From Candidatus Eiseniibacteriota bacterium (GTDB lineage: Bacteria > Eisenbacteria > RBG-16-71-46 > SZUA-252): a stretch of DNA of 64,000 nt. This document shows, one piece after another, positions 62,552 through 64,000 of this stretch (its first letter is position 1; the number at the start of each line of letters is the position of its first letter). A model generated the notes under the pieces. That model worked only from the letters and a program-made list of their open reading frames with translations, did not search any database and had not been told where the DNA came from. The stretch covers positions 15,408-79,407 of the forward strand of contig VBOR01000057.1 of assembly GCA_005893165.1 (NCBI GenBank). Reading direction: 5' to 3'. A program made the translations under genes and the position numbers.

Positions 62552-63346
62552 ATGGCCGCACGCCTCAAGCTACGATTCCCCAAGCGGTTCCGGACTGCGC
62601 TCGTGGCCTTCGCCGTGCTCCTCATCGCGGCCGCAGCCTGGGCCAAGACCGGTGTCGAGGGCCCGATCCCGAACGAGAGCGGTCTGGTCGAGCTCTACGT
62701 CACGGGCGGCGTCTTCATGCACCCCATCCTCCTCTGCTCGGTCCTCGGGCTCGCGATCATTCTGGAGCGGCTCTACTACTTCGCGAAGGCGCGCACCGAT
62801 ACCCGCAGGCTCATGGGGGAGCTGCTCCACGTGCTGCAGGATCAAGGATTCGAGCCGGCACAGCGGATGCTCCACTCCAAGCGCGGACCGATCGCCGCGG
62901 TCCTCCACTCGGGGCTGCTTCGCGCCAAGAAGGGTCCCGAGGCGGTGGAGAAGGCCATCGAGACCGCCGCGTCCATCCAGACGGCCGGGCTGGAGCGCGG
63001 CCTCATCTGGCTGGCCACCGTCGCGAACATCGCCCCCCTCCTGGGATTCCTGGGCACGGTCTCGGGAATGATCCACGCCTTCGAGGCGATCGCGGCGGCG
63101 GAGGAGGTTTCCGCCAAGCTGGTGGCCACCGGGATCTACGAGGCGCTGATCACCACCGCGGCGGGACTGATCGTGGCGATCCCGGTGCAGACGGCGCACA
63201 ACTACTTCGTCTCCCGCATCGACAAGTTCGTGATCGACATGGAAGAATCGGGGGCGGAGCTCATCGACGCCCTCGCCACCTATTCGCGCCAGTGGGAGAC
63301 GTTCCTGTCGACGCTGAAGCCGCCCAGCGCCCCGATTCCGCGATGA
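62552..63346 (+). CDS. MotA/TolQ/ExbB-family protein with an N-terminal signal-like segment
   Basis: LGFLGTVSGMI / ALITTAAGLIVAIP core motifs. Confidence 0.8.
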   Translation: MAARLKLRFPKRFRTALVAFAVLLIAAAAWAKTGVEGPIPNESGLVELYVTGGVFMHPILLCSVLGLAIILERLYYFAKARTDTRRLMGELLHVLQDQGFEPAQRMLHSKRGPIAAVLHSGLLRAKKGPEAVEKAIETAASIQTAGLERGLIWLATVANIAPLLGFLGTVSGMIHAFEAIAAAEEVSAKLVATGIYEALITTAAGLIVAIPVQTAHNYFVSRIDKFVIDMEESGAELIDALATYSRQWETFLSTLKPPSAPIPR

Positions 63347-63750
63347 AGATCCTCAAACGGCGGCACCCTCACCCCGAGATTCCGCTCGTCTCCACGGCGG
63401 ACGTGTCGTTCCTGCTCCTGATCTTCTTCCTGTCCACGACCATCTTCGCGACGCAGCGGGGCATATCCCTCGAGCTGCCGGGTCCGGGGGGGCGCGCGCT
63501 CCTGGTTTCGGCCACGAAGACGGCGCACGCGTTCGTGGCCGCCGATGAATCGGTGACGCTCGACGGCGTGGCCGTGCCGCTCGCCTCGCTGGCGGGCGCG
63601 ATCCGCCTGAAGCTCCGGGAGACGCCCGATCTTCTCCTCTCGCTCCGGGTCGATCCCGCGGCCCCGTACGCCGCGCTGGTGAGCGCGCTCGATCAGGTCA
63701 AGCTCGCGGGCGTGCGCCAGGTCTCGATCGAGACGGGGGACGGATCGTGA
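63343..63750 (+). CDS. ExbD/TolR-family protein
   Basis: VSFLLLIFFLSTTIF TM motif; ATGA overlap with the upstream gene. Confidence 0.8.
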   Translation: MKILKRRHPHPEIPLVSTADVSFLLLIFFLSTTIFATQRGISLELPGPGGRALLVSATKTAHAFVAADESVTLDGVAVPLASLAGAIRLKLRETPDLLLSLRVDPAAPYAALVSALDQVKLAGVRQVSIETGDGS

Positions 63751-64000
63751 AGATCCGGCGTCGCGCGCGTCACCACAACGCGATCCCGACCGCATCGATG
63801 GCGGACATCGCGATGCTCCTGCTCATCTTTTTCCTGAGCACCACGATCTTCAAGGCGCGCGAGGCGCTCTCGGTGCATTTGCCCGGAGCCACCACGGGGG
63901 AGCATTTCCGCAGGGAAGAGGCCATCCGCGTGTGGGTGGGACCGCGCGGGGAAGTGGCCTTCAACGACGCCTCCGTTCCCATGGAGCTCGTCGGGACCGT
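63747..64000 (+). CDS. ExbD/TolR-family protein (3' end beyond the window)
   Basis: GTG start overlapping the upstream stop; IAMLLLIFFLSTTIF. Confidence 0.7.
   Translation, partial: MKIRRRARHHNAIPTASMADIAMLLLIFFLSTTIFKAREALSVHLPGATTGEHFRREEAIRVWVGPRGEVAFNDASVPMELVGT

Noticed and set aside
1-64000. CRISPR arrays, tRNA/rRNA genes, IS elements, integrases, phage genes
   Set aside because: No short direct-repeat arrays, no cloverleaf-like sequences in the few intergenic gaps, and no transposase or integrase motifs in any frame; the region looks like core chromosome.

Overview
This is a 64-kb, roughly 70% GC, very gene-dense bacterial chromosomal segment. Nearly every gene is on the + strand, many adjacent genes overlap by 1 to 4 bp, and sigma-70-type TTGACA-N17/18-TAnnnT promoters are recognisable in the few intergenic gaps. 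No rRNA, tRNA, CRISPR, IS or integrase features were found. The content is housekeeping and envelope biogenesis: a sensor kinase, cca, a polyprenyl synthase, rsfS, argS, a PfkB kinase, an HD-GYP phosphodiesterase, purM, a sigma-54 activator, lnt, truA, htrA, purB-purL-purQ-purS-purF, an orphan MshE/GspE-type ATPase, lysS, lolCD, mcsA-mcsB-clpC, a long outer-membrane/LPS supercluster (bamA-skp-lpxD-lpxC/fabZ fusion-lpxA-gnnA-like oxidoreductase-lpxB-kdtA-lpxK, then nadB, msbA and two GT9 heptosyltransferases), tdh-kbl, a minus-strand TPR/DUF4388 pair, asnS, a PstS-like binding protein, a secreted TPR protein, a STAS protein, and two ExbB/ExbD/TonB clusters. The gene mix points to a diderm of the FCB neighbourhood with canonical sigma-70 promoters, so Gemmatimonadota-like is an inference (diderm LPS/Bam machinery with an LpxC-FabZ fusion and exbB-exbD-exbD-tonB, together with Firmicute-like McsAB-ClpC, a PurF propeptide and Thermus-type AsnRS). 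The main hunting result is not a new cassette but a recurrent lesion pattern. At least ten otherwise well-conserved genes (argS, lnt, truA, purB, clpC, skp, lpxK, kbl, and the GT9/2-hydroxyacid-dehydrogenase junction, plus an in-frame TGA in the gnnA-like oxidoreductase) each lack about 30 to 70 codons at one sharp junction. The loss is usually accompanied by a frame change, while flanking catalytic motifs remain intact. This is either a stripped scaffold-gap or assembly artefact, or recent decay; argS also has a destroyed HIGH motif. The most system-like candidates are the orphan c-di-GMP-type MshE ATPase with a double zinc-ribbon tail, a tandem-PurS fusion, the minus-strand TPR-membrane/DUF4388 pair, a 19-bp perfect nested palindrome at the window start, and a putative sigma-54 promoter upstream of the HD-GYP gene.
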